Source: an uncultured Spirochaetota bacterium (lineage in GTDB: Bacteria > Spirochaetota > Spirochaetia > SZUA-6 > CAVTHK01). Taken from it: 64,000 nt of DNA. The translations under genes and the position numbers were made by a program. Positions 49,375 to 59,493 of the stretch are shown here, piece after piece; position 1 is the first letter of the stretch, and each line of letters starts with the position of its first letter. The notes below the pieces were generated by a model, which searched no databases, was not told the DNA's origin, and was given only the letters and a program-made list of their open reading frames with translations. The stretch covers positions 32,001 to 96,000 of the forward strand of contig CAVTHK010000001.1 of the NCBI GenBank assembly GCA_963734495.1. Reading direction: 5' to 3'.

Positions 49375-50976
49375 TCATTCGCGGATCTTCTTGAGCTCGC
49401 GCTGCACGTCCTGCCAGGGCGCGACCCGGGCGCGCCCCGCCCAGTCTTCGTAGAGCGCGCTCAGCTTCCGCACGACATCGGGGTAGCGGGCGGCCAGGTC
49501 GCTCAGCTCCGACCGGTCCTTCTCCATGTCGTAGAGCTCCCAGGAGCCGGGGTGGCGCGTGACGAGCTTCCACTGATCCTGGCGGACGGCCCGATTGCCT
49601 TCGTGCTCCCAGAAGAGGAGGCGCGACGACATGGGCTTGTCACGAAGGAGAGGCTCGAGCGTGGCGCCCTCAGGCGGCGTGACCCGGACGCCGGCGCGCT
49701 CGGCGGGGTACGAGGCGCCGGCAAGCGAGACGCAAGTGGCCATGATGTCGGGGAGCTGCCCGGGCGCGTGACAGGCCCTGCCCGGCTTCGCGATGCCCGC
49801 GGGCCAGTGGGCGATCAGCGGCGTGGCGATGCCGCCTTCGTGCACCCAGTGCTTGTAGTAGCGGAACGGCGTGTTGGACAGGTTGGCCCACGGCACGCCG
49901 TAGCTCTGGTAGGTCTCCTCGGCGCCGGGCATCACGCGCGGGTCGTTGCCGTACGCCACGGGCCGTCCGGTGCGCGCCATCTCGGGCACGGCGCGGATCC
50001 TCCGCAGCGGCGCCAGCCAGTCGGGCCGCAGCTCCTCGGCGCAGCCTCCGTTGTCGGAGAGAAACAGGATCAGCGTGTCGTCGAGCTGCCCGGTGTCCTC
50101 GAGCGCCCCGACGACCACGCCGATGCCCCGGTCCATGCGGTCGATCTGCGCGGCGTAGACCTCCATGCGCCGCAGCTGCCAGGCCCGCTCGGGCGCCTCC
50201 TCCCACGGCGGCTGCGAGGGGTCGCGCGCCGAGAGGCCCCAGCGGGGGTCCAGCACCTCGAGCGAGCGCATGCGCTCGAGGCGCTCCTCCCTGAGGCGGT
50301 CCCAGCCCGCGTCGAACCGGCCACGGTACGTCTCGACGTCCTCCGGCAGCGCCTGAAGCGGCCAGTGCGGAGCGGTAAACGCGACGTACGAAAAGAAGGG
50401 CGTGTCCCGCCTGCTCTCCGCGTGCTCCCTGATGAATCCGGCCGCGCTGTCGGCGATCGCGTCCGTGTAGTAGAAGGGACCTTCAGGTGTGCGGATCCGT
50501 TCGTTATCGCGAGTGAGCGTGTCCGGGTCGAAGTAACTGCCGGCGCCCGTGATCGTGCCCCAGTAGCGGTCGAATCCCCTCTGGCGCGGCCAGTTGTCTT
50601 TGGGCGAGTCCAGGTGGCGCGACACGTGCCACTTGCCGCTCATATAGGTGCCGTATCCCGCGGCGCGCAGGACTTCGGCGATCGTCACGCACCCGGGCAC
50701 CAGGTCGCCGCGGTAGCCTGGCAGGCTGAGGTCGCTCATCATGTGGCCGACTCCCGCCTGGTGCGGGTGCAGCCCGGTGAGCAGCGACGCACGCGACGGG
50801 CAGCAGCGCGCGGTGTTGTAGAACTGCGTGAAACGGACCCCGTTGGCCGCCAGACGGTCCAGGTTCGGCGTCCGTATCTCGCCGCCGTAGCAGCCGATAT
50901 CCGAGAAGCCCATGTCGTCGTTGAGAATCAGCACCACGTTCGGGCGCCGCTTCTTCCGGGATTCCCCTCGCCGCAT
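49375..50976 (-). CDS. Arylsulfatase (Cys-type)
   Basis: DDMGFSD, CCPSRASLLTG, GKWH, APHWP, SDNG, EGGI. Confidence 0.93.
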   Translation of the reverse strand: MRRGESRKKRRPNVVLILNDDMGFSDIGCYGGEIRTPNLDRLAANGVRFTQFYNTARCCPSRASLLTGLHPHQAGVGHMMSDLSLPGYRGDLVPGCVTIAEVLRAAGYGTYMSGKWHVSRHLDSPKDNWPRQRGFDRYWGTITGAGSYFDPDTLTRDNERIRTPEGPFYYTDAIADSAAGFIREHAESRRDTPFFSYVAFTAPHWPLQALPEDVETYRGRFDAGWDRLREERLERMRSLEVLDPRWGLSARDPSQPPWEEAPERAWQLRRMEVYAAQIDRMDRGIGVVVGALEDTGQLDDTLILFLSDNGGCAEELRPDWLAPLRRIRAVPEMARTGRPVAYGNDPRVMPGAEETYQSYGVPWANLSNTPFRYYKHWVHEGGIATPLIAHWPAGIAKPGRACHAPGQLPDIMATCVSLAGASYPAERAGVRVTPPEGATLEPLLRDKPMSSRLLFWEHEGNRAVRQDQWKLVTRHPGSWELYDMEKDRSELSDLAARYPDVVRKLSALYEDWAGRARVAPWQDVQRELKKIRE

Positions 50977-51121
50977 CTGCTCCCCCTCCGCCATTTCGCG
51001 GTGGAGTCGATCGTGTCCCCTTCGCCGCACGGTGTCAACGCGTTGCGCCGCTTGCGCCGGCGAATTCGTTTGACAGTGCATGTCGCCCGTGTGACAATCC
51101 CGCTATTCTACGGAGGCCCGC

Positions 51122-52588
51122 GTGTCCGGACTCGAGATCGACCCCACTCCACGATTCGAACTGTCCCCGAACCTGTACATGCAGTTCATGGAGCCGCTCG
51201 GCGTGACGGACGGCTCCGTGGAGGCGGCCTGGGACCACGAGCGCGACCGGTGGCGCGAAGACGTGATCGAGGCCACGCGCGAGCTCGCCCCGCCTCTGAT
51301 CCGCTGGGGAGGCTGCCTCAGCTCCTATTATAGATGGAAGGAAGGCATCGGCCCGCGCGACAAGCGTGTTCCGTTCCTCAACCTCCTCTGGGGGGGCGTG
51401 GAGAGCAGCCAGGTCGGCACCCACGAGTTCGTCGACTTCTGCCGGCAGGTGGGCGCCGTGCCGTTCTTCGCCGTCAACTTCGAATCCGACGGCCGCGGCC
51501 GCTGGGCGCACCCCGCAAAGGGCGGCCCGCGGACGGCAGGGCCCGACGAGGCGGCCGCGTGGGTCGACTACTGCAACAACCCCGGCAACCGCGAACGGAT
51601 CGCCAACGGAGCGCGTGAGCCCTTCGCCTTGCGCCTCTGGCAGATCGGCAACGAAACCTCCTACGACCCGACGGGTTACGACGTGGAGACCGCGGCCAGG
51701 CGGACCGCCGCGTTTGCCGCTGCCATGCGCCAGAGCGACCCGGGCATCGAGCTCATCGGCTGGGGCGACTCCGGGTGGGCGCGGCGCATGCTCGAGATCG
51801 CCGGCGAGCACCTTCAATACATCGCCTTCCACCACATGATCAGACCCGAGCGCGACCCCGACTCGCCGCTCAAGGGCCAGGAATCCCCGATCAACGGGTC
51901 GCGCTTCCGCAGCGACCCCGCGGCCACGTGGGACTATCTCATGGAGATCCCGAAGATCCCCGCGCGCAAGATCGCGCGGATCCGGGAAGAGATCGCGGGC
52001 TACGAGGTCAAGCTCGCCAAGACCGAAGCCCACTTCGCCCTCGACGGCCGCAACCGCAACGAGGTGCTCTCCACCTGGGCCGCGGGCGTTTCCAACGCCC
52101 TGATCCTCAACGTGCACGAGCGCAACGGCGACGTGCTGAAGATCGCGACGCACGCCGACTTCTGCGGCAACCGCTGGCTCGTGAACGCGCTCATCATCCC
52201 CACGCCGAAGCACAAGCTGCGGCCGTACCTGCTGCCCACCGGTCGGGTGATGGCGCTCTACCGCGCTCACGCCGGCGAGCGCGCGGTCACGGTCGCGGGT
52301 GCGCCCGAGGGCCTCGACGTGACCGCCAGCCGCACCGGCGACCGGCTCTACCTGCACGCCGTCAACACGCGGCGGGCTAAAGCCCTGCGCGCGACTCTCG
52401 CCGTCAAGGGCTTTGCAGTCGCGCGCGCCCGCGCCTGGGAGATCGCGCAGGACCCGATGGCGGAGATCGACGAGCTCGCCCCGGACCTGTTCAACCCGAA
52501 GGAGCGCGCGGCCGAGAATCCCCGCGAGTGGGAGTTCCCCTCCGCGTCCGTCACGGCGCTGGAGCTGGAGCTCAAGGCGCAGAAGTAG
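51122..52588 (+). CDS. Alpha-L-arabinofuranosidase-like (GH51)
   Basis: QFME, IRWGGC, YRWKEGIGP, GTHEF, WVDYCN, WQIGNE, TE nucleophile region. Confidence 0.85.
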   Translation: MSGLEIDPTPRFELSPNLYMQFMEPLGVTDGSVEAAWDHERDRWREDVIEATRELAPPLIRWGGCLSSYYRWKEGIGPRDKRVPFLNLLWGGVESSQVGTHEFVDFCRQVGAVPFFAVNFESDGRGRWAHPAKGGPRTAGPDEAAAWVDYCNNPGNRERIANGAREPFALRLWQIGNETSYDPTGYDVETAARRTAAFAAAMRQSDPGIELIGWGDSGWARRMLEIAGEHLQYIAFHHMIRPERDPDSPLKGQESPINGSRFRSDPAATWDYLMEIPKIPARKIARIREEIAGYEVKLAKTEAHFALDGRNRNEVLSTWAAGVSNALILNVHERNGDVLKIATHADFCGNRWLVNALIIPTPKHKLRPYLLPTGRVMALYRAHAGERAVTVAGAPEGLDVTASRTGDRLYLHAVNTRRAKALRATLAVKGFAVARARAWEIAQDPMAEIDELAPDLFNPKERAAENPREWEFPSASVTALELELKAQK

Positions 52589-52622
52589 CAGGAGAGCGTC
52601 GGCGCGGGCGACGGGCGAGGCG

Positions 52623-53762
52623 ATGCTTCCGTACTCCGAGCGCATCACGATGATCGAGGGCCTGGTAGTGGATCTCAAGCGACCCCGGATGGTCGGGCGC
52701 AACGCGCGGCTGGGCCTCCACGGCGACACGATGCACGATCCGATCGTGCGCATGCACACTTCGGGCGGAGCGGTCGGGATCGGCTGGTCGCGCCTCAAGC
52801 GAGAGCAGGCCGAGGCTCTCCTCGGCTCCACCTTGGGCGAGCTGTTCCAGCTCCCCGCGGGTTGCACGCCGGCCGGACGGATCGTCGACCCCGTACTGTG
52901 GGACCTCGCTGCCAGGATGCTGGGGAAGCCGCTGTACCAGGTGATCGGCGAGCCGCGAGGGTCGCGGGAAGTCGAGGTCTACGACAGCTCGATCTATCAC
53001 GACGATTTCGGAGCGAACGACGACGAGGCGGTGAAGATTCTGACGCGCGAAGTCGAGGCAGGTCTCTCCGCTGGCTATCGCAACTTCAAAGTCAAGATCG
53101 GCCGCGGCGCCCGATGGATGCCCATGGATGAGGGGCTCGAGCGGGACATCCTGGCGATTCACACCGTGCGGAGGGCGGCAGGCCCGGACGCGAAGGTGAT
53201 GATCGACGCCAACGACGGCGGCACGCTCAACAGCGCGAAAGCGGTCCTGAGGGCCTGCGCCCTCGACAAGGTTCACTGGTTCGAGGAGCCTTTCGCGGAG
53301 GCTCGGCCGCTGAACGAAGATCTCAAGCAGTGGATGGACCACGAGGGCATTCGAACGCTGATCGCCGACGGCGAGTACCTGGCGCCGCCGGACTTTTTCG
53401 ATCTCATGCGAGACGGACTGGTCGACGTTCTGATAGCGGACTTCAGGCTCGAGGGGGCCTCCTGGTGGAAGGCTGCCGCGGCGAGGATCGAGCCCTGGGG
53501 CCGCCGCGCCGCGCCTCACTGCTGGGCGAGCGTCATCGACACGTACGCGCGGGCGCACTTCGTCGCAACCCTTCCCCACTTCGAGATCCTGGAGGTCGAT
53601 CCGGCGGACACCAGCCCTCTGGTGCTCGACGGGTGGGCGATGCGGAACAGCCGACTGATCGTGCCCGATACGCCCGGAATCGGCGTCGACGTGGAGCCGG
53701 CCGCGCTCGAGCGTGGGATCAGCCAGGGCGGCTACAGGGTCAGCCGCAGGAGCGCGCGCTGA
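52623..53762 (+). CDS. Mandelate racemase/muconate lactonising enzyme (enolase superfamily), probable sugar-acid dehydratase
   Basis: LWDL, KVKIG, IDAN, FEEP, ADGE, APH, PGIG. Confidence 0.88.
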   Translation: MLPYSERITMIEGLVVDLKRPRMVGRNARLGLHGDTMHDPIVRMHTSGGAVGIGWSRLKREQAEALLGSTLGELFQLPAGCTPAGRIVDPVLWDLAARMLGKPLYQVIGEPRGSREVEVYDSSIYHDDFGANDDEAVKILTREVEAGLSAGYRNFKVKIGRGARWMPMDEGLERDILAIHTVRRAAGPDAKVMIDANDGGTLNSAKAVLRACALDKVHWFEEPFAEARPLNEDLKQWMDHEGIRTLIADGEYLAPPDFFDLMRDGLVDVLIADFRLEGASWWKAAAARIEPWGRRAAPHCWASVIDTYARAHFVATLPHFEILEVDPADTSPLVLDGWAMRNSRLIVPDTPGIGVDVEPAALERGISQGGYRVSRRSAR

Positions 53763-53858
53763 CAGCGGCGGCGTCGCCGCGCCAAGATCGCCGTTGACGC
53801 ACGGCAGGGACCGTGTGAGAATATCATCGACACTGACCGCTTGCACAAGGAGGAATGC

Positions 53859-55451
53859 ATGAGGAAGACCGTATGCGCGCTCTCGCTGCTCATGGCGCTG
53901 GCTCTCGTCACCGGCGTCTTCGCTGCGGGAACGACCGACACTTCGAGCTCCGCGGGCTCGAAGTCCTTTAACGCGACCGGGTTCCCGATCGTCAAGGAAC
54001 CCGTCACCAAGCGCGTGATGATCAGGAAGCCGCCGCACATCGGCGACCCCGCCAAGATGGTCACGTTCATCGAATACGAGAAGCTGACGGGCGTGAAGAT
54101 CGCCTGGGACGCCGTGCCCACCGACGGCTGGAACGAGCGCGTCAACCTGGTCATGGCCTCCAACGACATGCCGGACGCCATCATCAAGGGGACCCCGAAC
54201 ATCACCAAGGCGTCGGCCGACGGCAGCATCATCAGCATAAGCAAGCTGATCGACAACTACTCAACCGGGCTCAAGGAGCTTTTCAAGCAGTACCCGGCGG
54301 TCAAGGTCGCTTCGACGGCCCCTGATGGCAACATCTACGCCATCCCCGCCGTCAACACCCTGATCCCGAACCTGACGGGACACCGCAACCTGTGGATCAA
54401 CAAGAAGTGGCTCGACAAGCTCGGGCTCAAGGTGCCGACGACCAACGACGAGCTGCTCACGGTGCTGCGCGCCTTCCGGGACAAGGACCCGAACGGCAAC
54501 GGCAAGGCCGACGAGATCCCGTACATCGTGGAGAACAGCAGCTCCGAGCGGAACGCCCCGACCAACATGGTCTCGGCCTCGTGGGGCCTGTACCCCAACC
54601 TCGGGTACCCGCGGGCGCGGATCGTGGGAGACAAGGTCAGCATCTACGCGACGGACCCCAAGTTCCGCGAGGTGCTCGAGTTCATGAACCTGATGTGGAA
54701 GGAAAAGCTGCTCGACAACATGATCTACACCCAGTCCTCCGACGTGAACCTGTCCAAGTTCAACAGCAACATCTCGGGCGTCTTCGGCCTGTCGTCGGAC
54801 GACCTCTGGAGCCGCTACGCCGACGACTACGTCCCCATGCCGCCGCCGAAGAACGGCAAGGGCGACCCGCAGGTCATCGGCCTCGGCTCCTCCTACGCCG
54901 GCAGCGCGGGCGTCATCACGAAGAACGACAAGTCGCCCGAGATCATGTTCCGCTGGATCGACTGGTTTTACACCAAGGAAGGCTCGATGTTCATCGGGTG
55001 CTTCGCCCCGCAGCTCGAGGGCAAGACGGGACGCAAGCTGCCCGACGGGACGTGGGACTACACCGAGGCCATGCTCAAGGACCCGCGCGGCATCTCGGTC
55101 GCAGTCGGAGAGGTCTGCCCCCTCCCGGGCGGCGGCTTCTCCTACTGGCGCAACGAGTTCAACTCGAACTACATCTATTCGCCGACGGTCAAGAAGGCGA
55201 TCCCGACGTACCAGCCCTACTATCAGAAGGACCAGGCCTACGCCTACCCGACGTTCAGCGTCGAGGACAACCAGAAGGTCACCGACATCCGCCGCGACCT
55301 CGATGTGTACCTCCGCGAGATGGAGGCCAAGTTCATCACGGGCGAGATGCCCTTCAGCAGGTGGGACGAGTACGTCAAGACCTGCGAGAAGATGAGGATC
55401 AAGGAGCTCGAGGCCCTCTTCCAGAAGGCCCTCGACGCCATGCGCAAGTAG
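53859..55451 (+). CDS. ABC solute-binding protein
   Basis: GFPIVKEP, WINKKWLDKLGL, DPNGNGKADE; AAGGAGG SD; TTGACG promoter near 53795. Confidence 0.92.
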   Translation: MRKTVCALSLLMALALVTGVFAAGTTDTSSSAGSKSFNATGFPIVKEPVTKRVMIRKPPHIGDPAKMVTFIEYEKLTGVKIAWDAVPTDGWNERVNLVMASNDMPDAIIKGTPNITKASADGSIISISKLIDNYSTGLKELFKQYPAVKVASTAPDGNIYAIPAVNTLIPNLTGHRNLWINKKWLDKLGLKVPTTNDELLTVLRAFRDKDPNGNGKADEIPYIVENSSSERNAPTNMVSASWGLYPNLGYPRARIVGDKVSIYATDPKFREVLEFMNLMWKEKLLDNMIYTQSSDVNLSKFNSNISGVFGLSSDDLWSRYADDYVPMPPPKNGKGDPQVIGLGSSYAGSAGVITKNDKSPEIMFRWIDWFYTKEGSMFIGCFAPQLEGKTGRKLPDGTWDYTEAMLKDPRGISVAVGEVCPLPGGGFSYWRNEFNSNYIYSPTVKKAIPTYQPYYQKDQAYAYPTFSVEDNQKVTDIRRDLDVYLREMEAKFITGEMPFSRWDEYVKTCEKMRIKELEALFQKALDAMRK

Positions 55452-55517
55452 CGCTTTCTGTTGCGGCGCCGCCGGGGCTCGCGCCTCCGGCGGCGCCTCT
55501 CTTCTGCGAGGGAGGCC

Positions 55518-56438
55518 ATGAGCGGGGCGACAGGCGAGCTGAGAAAGAGGATGATCCGCTGCCGCGAGCTCTACTTGCTGCTCGCCCTGCCGCTGCTCTG
55601 GTACGCGGTCTTTCACTACTTTCCGATGTACGGGATCCAGATCGCCTTTCGGGACTACTACCCGTCCAAGGGATTCCTGGGCAGCCCGTGGGCCGGCCTC
55701 AAGCACTTCAACCGGTTCTTTTCCTCTTACTACTTCGGACGAGTCCTGACCAACACGCTGTCGATCAACTTCTACGCCCTGCTGGTGGGATTTCCCATCC
55801 CGATCGTCTTCGCCCTGATGCTCAACGAGCTCAAGCGCCCGCGGTATAAGAAGTTCCTCCAGAACGTCACGTACCTGCCCAATTTCCTGTCCGCCGTCGT
55901 CGTCGTGAGCATCCTGCAGCTCCTGCTCAACCCGAGCAACGGCGTGGTGAACATGGTTCTCCTCGCCCTGGGCGCAAAGGAGCCGATCGACTTCTTCATA
56001 AACCCGAGGATCATCCAGCACCTCTACGTCTGGTCGGGGGTGTGGGAGCGAATGGGGTGGGATGCGATCATCTACATCGCGGCGCTCTCGGCCGTCGACC
56101 CGAGCCTCTACGAGGCAGCCACGATCGACGGCACCTCGCGGATACAGCGCATCCTCTATATCGCGATTCCGACCATCGTGCCGACGATCGTGACGCTCCT
56201 GCTGCTGCGCACCGGAGCCATCATGAACATAGGCTACGAGAAGATCCTGCTGATGCAGAATTCCCTGAACATGGAAAAGAGCGACGTCATCTCGACATTC
56301 GTCTACCGCAGCGGGATCCTGGATGCCGACTACTCGTTCTCGGCGGCCGTAGGCCTGTTCAACTCGCTGTGCAACTTCGCCCTGCTCGTGGTGACCAACA
56401 CGATCTCGAAGCGGACGCTCAATGCGAGCCTCTGGTAG
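55518..56438 (+). CDS. Carbohydrate ABC permease (LplB-like)
   Basis: SPWAG, TYLPNFLS, LYEAATIDG. Confidence 0.93.
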   Translation: MSGATGELRKRMIRCRELYLLLALPLLWYAVFHYFPMYGIQIAFRDYYPSKGFLGSPWAGLKHFNRFFSSYYFGRVLTNTLSINFYALLVGFPIPIVFALMLNELKRPRYKKFLQNVTYLPNFLSAVVVVSILQLLLNPSNGVVNMVLLALGAKEPIDFFINPRIIQHLYVWSGVWERMGWDAIIYIAALSAVDPSLYEAATIDGTSRIQRILYIAIPTIVPTIVTLLLLRTGAIMNIGYEKILLMQNSLNMEKSDVISTFVYRSGILDADYSFSAAVGLFNSLCNFALLVVTNTISKRTLNASLW

Positions 56439-56453
56439 ACGGAGAAGCCGCCC

Positions 56454-57362
56454 GTGACTTCGAGCGCACACGGCTCTTCGACGATACGCGAGACCCGGGC
56501 TGATTCGGCCTTCCTCGCGGCAGTCTACGTGCTCACCGTCCTCATCCTGTGCGCCGTCCTCTATCCGCTCGTCTACGTGCTCAGCGCGTCGTTCAGCTCG
56601 GCGGAAGCGGCAGCCGCCGGCAAGGTGTTCCTCTTTCCCGTGGACCTCTCCGTCGAAGGCTACAAGCTGGTCTTCGAGCGCGAGGACATCCTGGTCGGGT
56701 TCCGCAACACGATCATCTATACGCTGGTCGGCACCAGCATCAACCTCGTGATGACGGTCCTTCTCGCCTTCCCGCTTTCGCGCCGCGAGCTGCCGGGACG
56801 CAACATCATCACGTTCTTCGTCGCCTTCACCATGTTCTTCTCAGGTGGGCTGATCCCCACGTACCTGCTCGTGCAGAAACTCGGCATGGTCGACAAGCTG
56901 TGGGCGATGGTGATCCCCAACGCCATATCCACCTTCAACATGATCCTCATGCGCACCTACCTGATGACCAACGTACCCGACGAGCTGCTGGAGTCCGCCT
57001 ACCTCGACGGGTGCGGATACACGAAGTTCCTCATCGCCATCGTGCTGCCGCTGTCCACCGCCATCGTTGCGGCCCTCGTGCTCTACTACGCGGTCGGCCA
57101 CTGGAACGCCTACTTCAGCGCGCTCATCTACCTGCGCTCGGCCAAGCGTACCAGCCTCCAGCTCGTGCTGCGCAACATCCTGCTCGCCAACCAGATCAAC
57201 ACGGGGGGCACCGACTCGGCCGGCTTCGGGGAGCGCGCCATGATCGGCGTGACGGTCAAGTACGCGGTCATCATCGTCTCCAGCGTCCCCGTGATCATCC
57301 TCTACCCTTTCATCCAGCGCTACTTCATCAAGGGGATCATGGTCGGCGCTATTAAAGGCTGA
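56454..57362 (+). CDS. Carbohydrate ABC permease (LplC-like)
   Basis: FSGGLIP, LLESAYLDGC, YPFIQRYFIKG. Confidence 0.93.
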   Translation: MTSSAHGSSTIRETRADSAFLAAVYVLTVLILCAVLYPLVYVLSASFSSAEAAAAGKVFLFPVDLSVEGYKLVFEREDILVGFRNTIIYTLVGTSINLVMTVLLAFPLSRRELPGRNIITFFVAFTMFFSGGLIPTYLLVQKLGMVDKLWAMVIPNAISTFNMILMRTYLMTNVPDELLESAYLDGCGYTKFLIAIVLPLSTAIVAALVLYYAVGHWNAYFSALIYLRSAKRTSLQLVLRNILLANQINTGGTDSAGFGERAMIGVTVKYAVIIVSSVPVIILYPFIQRYFIKGIMVGAIKG

Positions 57363-57444
57363 AGGTAACCAGGCCGGCGGGCCGGCGCGAATCGGCGCAC
57401 CGACGCGCGTGGCGGCAAGCCGCCGCTGCGGCTATAATCGATCC

Positions 57445-58263
57445 ATGAAGCGAGTCCTCATCACGGGCGTTTACGGCCTTGTCGCGGGCGCCCTCTACGA
57501 GCATCTCGTCCAGGCGGGCGGGTACGAGGTCCACGGGACGGCGCGGCGGCGCCATCCTTCGGTGCGCGCTCCCGAAGGCCGGAACCTCGACGTGCCGGAA
57601 CCCCGGTTCCACCTCGTGGACCTGACGGATCTCGGGGGGATGCAGAAGGCCGTGCGCGGTATGGACGTCGTGGTGCACCTGGCCGCGGAGCCGGCGCCCG
57701 AGGCGCCGTGGGAGCGCATCCTCGCCAGCAACATCGTCGGCACGTATAACACGCTGGAGGCGGCGAGGCTCGAGGGCGTCCCGCGCGTCGTGTACGCGAG
57801 CTCGCTGCGGGTGAACTTCGGGTACCGGCAGGACGAGCCGTACAAGGCGATCGTCCAGCGTCGCTTCGACGCGGTGCCGCAGCCGATCCCTCTCGTGCGC
57901 GCGACCGACCCCCCGCGGCCGGCGGAGCCGTATTCGGCGAGCAAGGTCTGGGGCGAGGCGCTCGCGCGGGTGTACGCCGAGCAGCACGGTCTCTCGTGCC
58001 CGTGCGTGCGCATCGGTTGGGTCAACGCAGAGGACTGGCCCTCCAACGACGAGCTGATCAGCGTGTGGTGCAGCCAGCGCGACATCGCGCGGGCGCTGCG
58101 CGCGTGCGTCGACGCGCCAGAAACCTTGCGCTACGACGTCGTGTGGGGGCTCTCGGCCTCCCGCTGGTGCTGGGTCGATCTCGAGCACAGCCGCGAGGCG
58201 GTCGGCTACGCGCCGCTCGACAACAGCGACGAGGCTCGCGAGCGGGGGCGCGCCCGCAGATGA
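57445..58263 (+). CDS. NAD-dependent oxidoreductase (uronate-dehydrogenase-like SDR)
   Basis: ITGVYGLVA, VVHLAA, YASS, YSASK, VRIG. Confidence 0.82.
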   Translation: MKRVLITGVYGLVAGALYEHLVQAGGYEVHGTARRRHPSVRAPEGRNLDVPEPRFHLVDLTDLGGMQKAVRGMDVVVHLAAEPAPEAPWERILASNIVGTYNTLEAARLEGVPRVVYASSLRVNFGYRQDEPYKAIVQRRFDAVPQPIPLVRATDPPRPAEPYSASKVWGEALARVYAEQHGLSCPCVRIGWVNAEDWPSNDELISVWCSQRDIARALRACVDAPETLRYDVVWGLSASRWCWVDLEHSREAVGYAPLDNSDEARERGRARR

Positions 58264-59390
58264 GGAGCGAATCCGACGTCGTCGCCCTCCTGGGGGAGCT
58301 GGTGTGCATCCCCAGCCACGAAACCGAAAGCGCGGTCGTGGAGCTGCTCTGCCGCCGCTTCCGCGAGCGGGGCATCGCCTGCGAGACGCGCCTCGTCGGG
58401 CCTGCGGGCCGCGCGAACGTGATCGCGACCTGGGGCGAAGGCCCGCGCTCGCTGATCCTCAACAGCCACATGGACACTGTGGCGCCCGGCGACGCGGGAC
58501 AGTGGCACGCGCCGCCCTTCGGCGCCGAGATCCGTGACGGCAGGCTCTACGGCCGCGGCTCCGCCGACGCCAAAGGCCCCCTCGCGGCCATGATCGTCGC
58601 CTTCGAGTCGATCGCGCGATCGCGGGTCCGAGCAAAAGGCAGGCTCATCCTCACGGCCGTGAGCTACGAAGAGGAGAACGGCCGCGGAACGCACGCGGAG
58701 GTCGCGGCGGGAACGCGGGCGGACGCGGCGGTCGTCGGCGAGCCGACGAGCCTCCGGGTCTGCGTCGCGCACAAGGGAGTGCTGCGGCTGCGGGTGACGA
58801 CGCGCGGCAAGGCGGCGCACGCGAGCGAGCCGTGGGAAGGCGCCAACGCGATCTCGGCGATGGCGCCGGTGATCGGCGCGCTCGACTGACTCGCGCAGCG
58901 GCTCGCGCGGCGGCGCGACCCGCTCCTCGGGCGCGTGACGCTCGTGACCACGATGATCGAGGGCGGCATCGGCCGCAATGTCGTGCCGCCGGCCTGCAGC
59001 ATCCTGATCGACCGCAGGCTGCTGCCCGATGAGAGCGCGTCGGACGCGCGGGAGGAGGTCGCGGCGCTTGTGCGTCCGCTCGCCGCGGAGGTCGACGAAG
59101 TCTCGCTCGCCGAGGCGGCAGGCATCGAGCCGCAGGCCGCGATCGCGCGCGCCGCGCTTTCGGCCCGCGCCGCGGTCGTCGGCGAGCGTTCGGAGGCCGC
59201 CGGCTTCGGCGCCTGCTGCGACATGTGGCACCTCACGAAACAGGGCGGGATTCCAGCCGTAATCCTCGGCCCCGGGAGCCTTTCGCAGGCGCACAAGACA
59301 GACGAGCACATCGAGATCGCGGAGCTCGAGAAGGCGGTGGAGATCTACCGGAGGCTGGCCCTCGACTGGCTGGAGGCGCCGCGGGAGTAA
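58260..59390 (+). pseudogene. M20 (ArgE/DapE) metallopeptidase/deacylase with in-frame TGA at 58887-58889
   Basis: NSHMDTV, GRGSADAKG, EE, GEPT, GKAAHAS, NVVP, GPG..AH..DE all in one frame across a single stop. Confidence 0.8.
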
Positions 59391-59493
59391 GCGATGCGCG
59401 AACGAGCGCGAGCGGCTTTCCATGGGCCGCCGCCTATATTAAGCTTGCGGGGATCGAAACCTTGGGCGCCGAGCGCCGACGAAAGGAGCACGT

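Noticed and set aside
58887-58889. Selenocysteine or alternative genetic code
   Set aside because: Non-catalytic position, and TGA terminates most genes in the window
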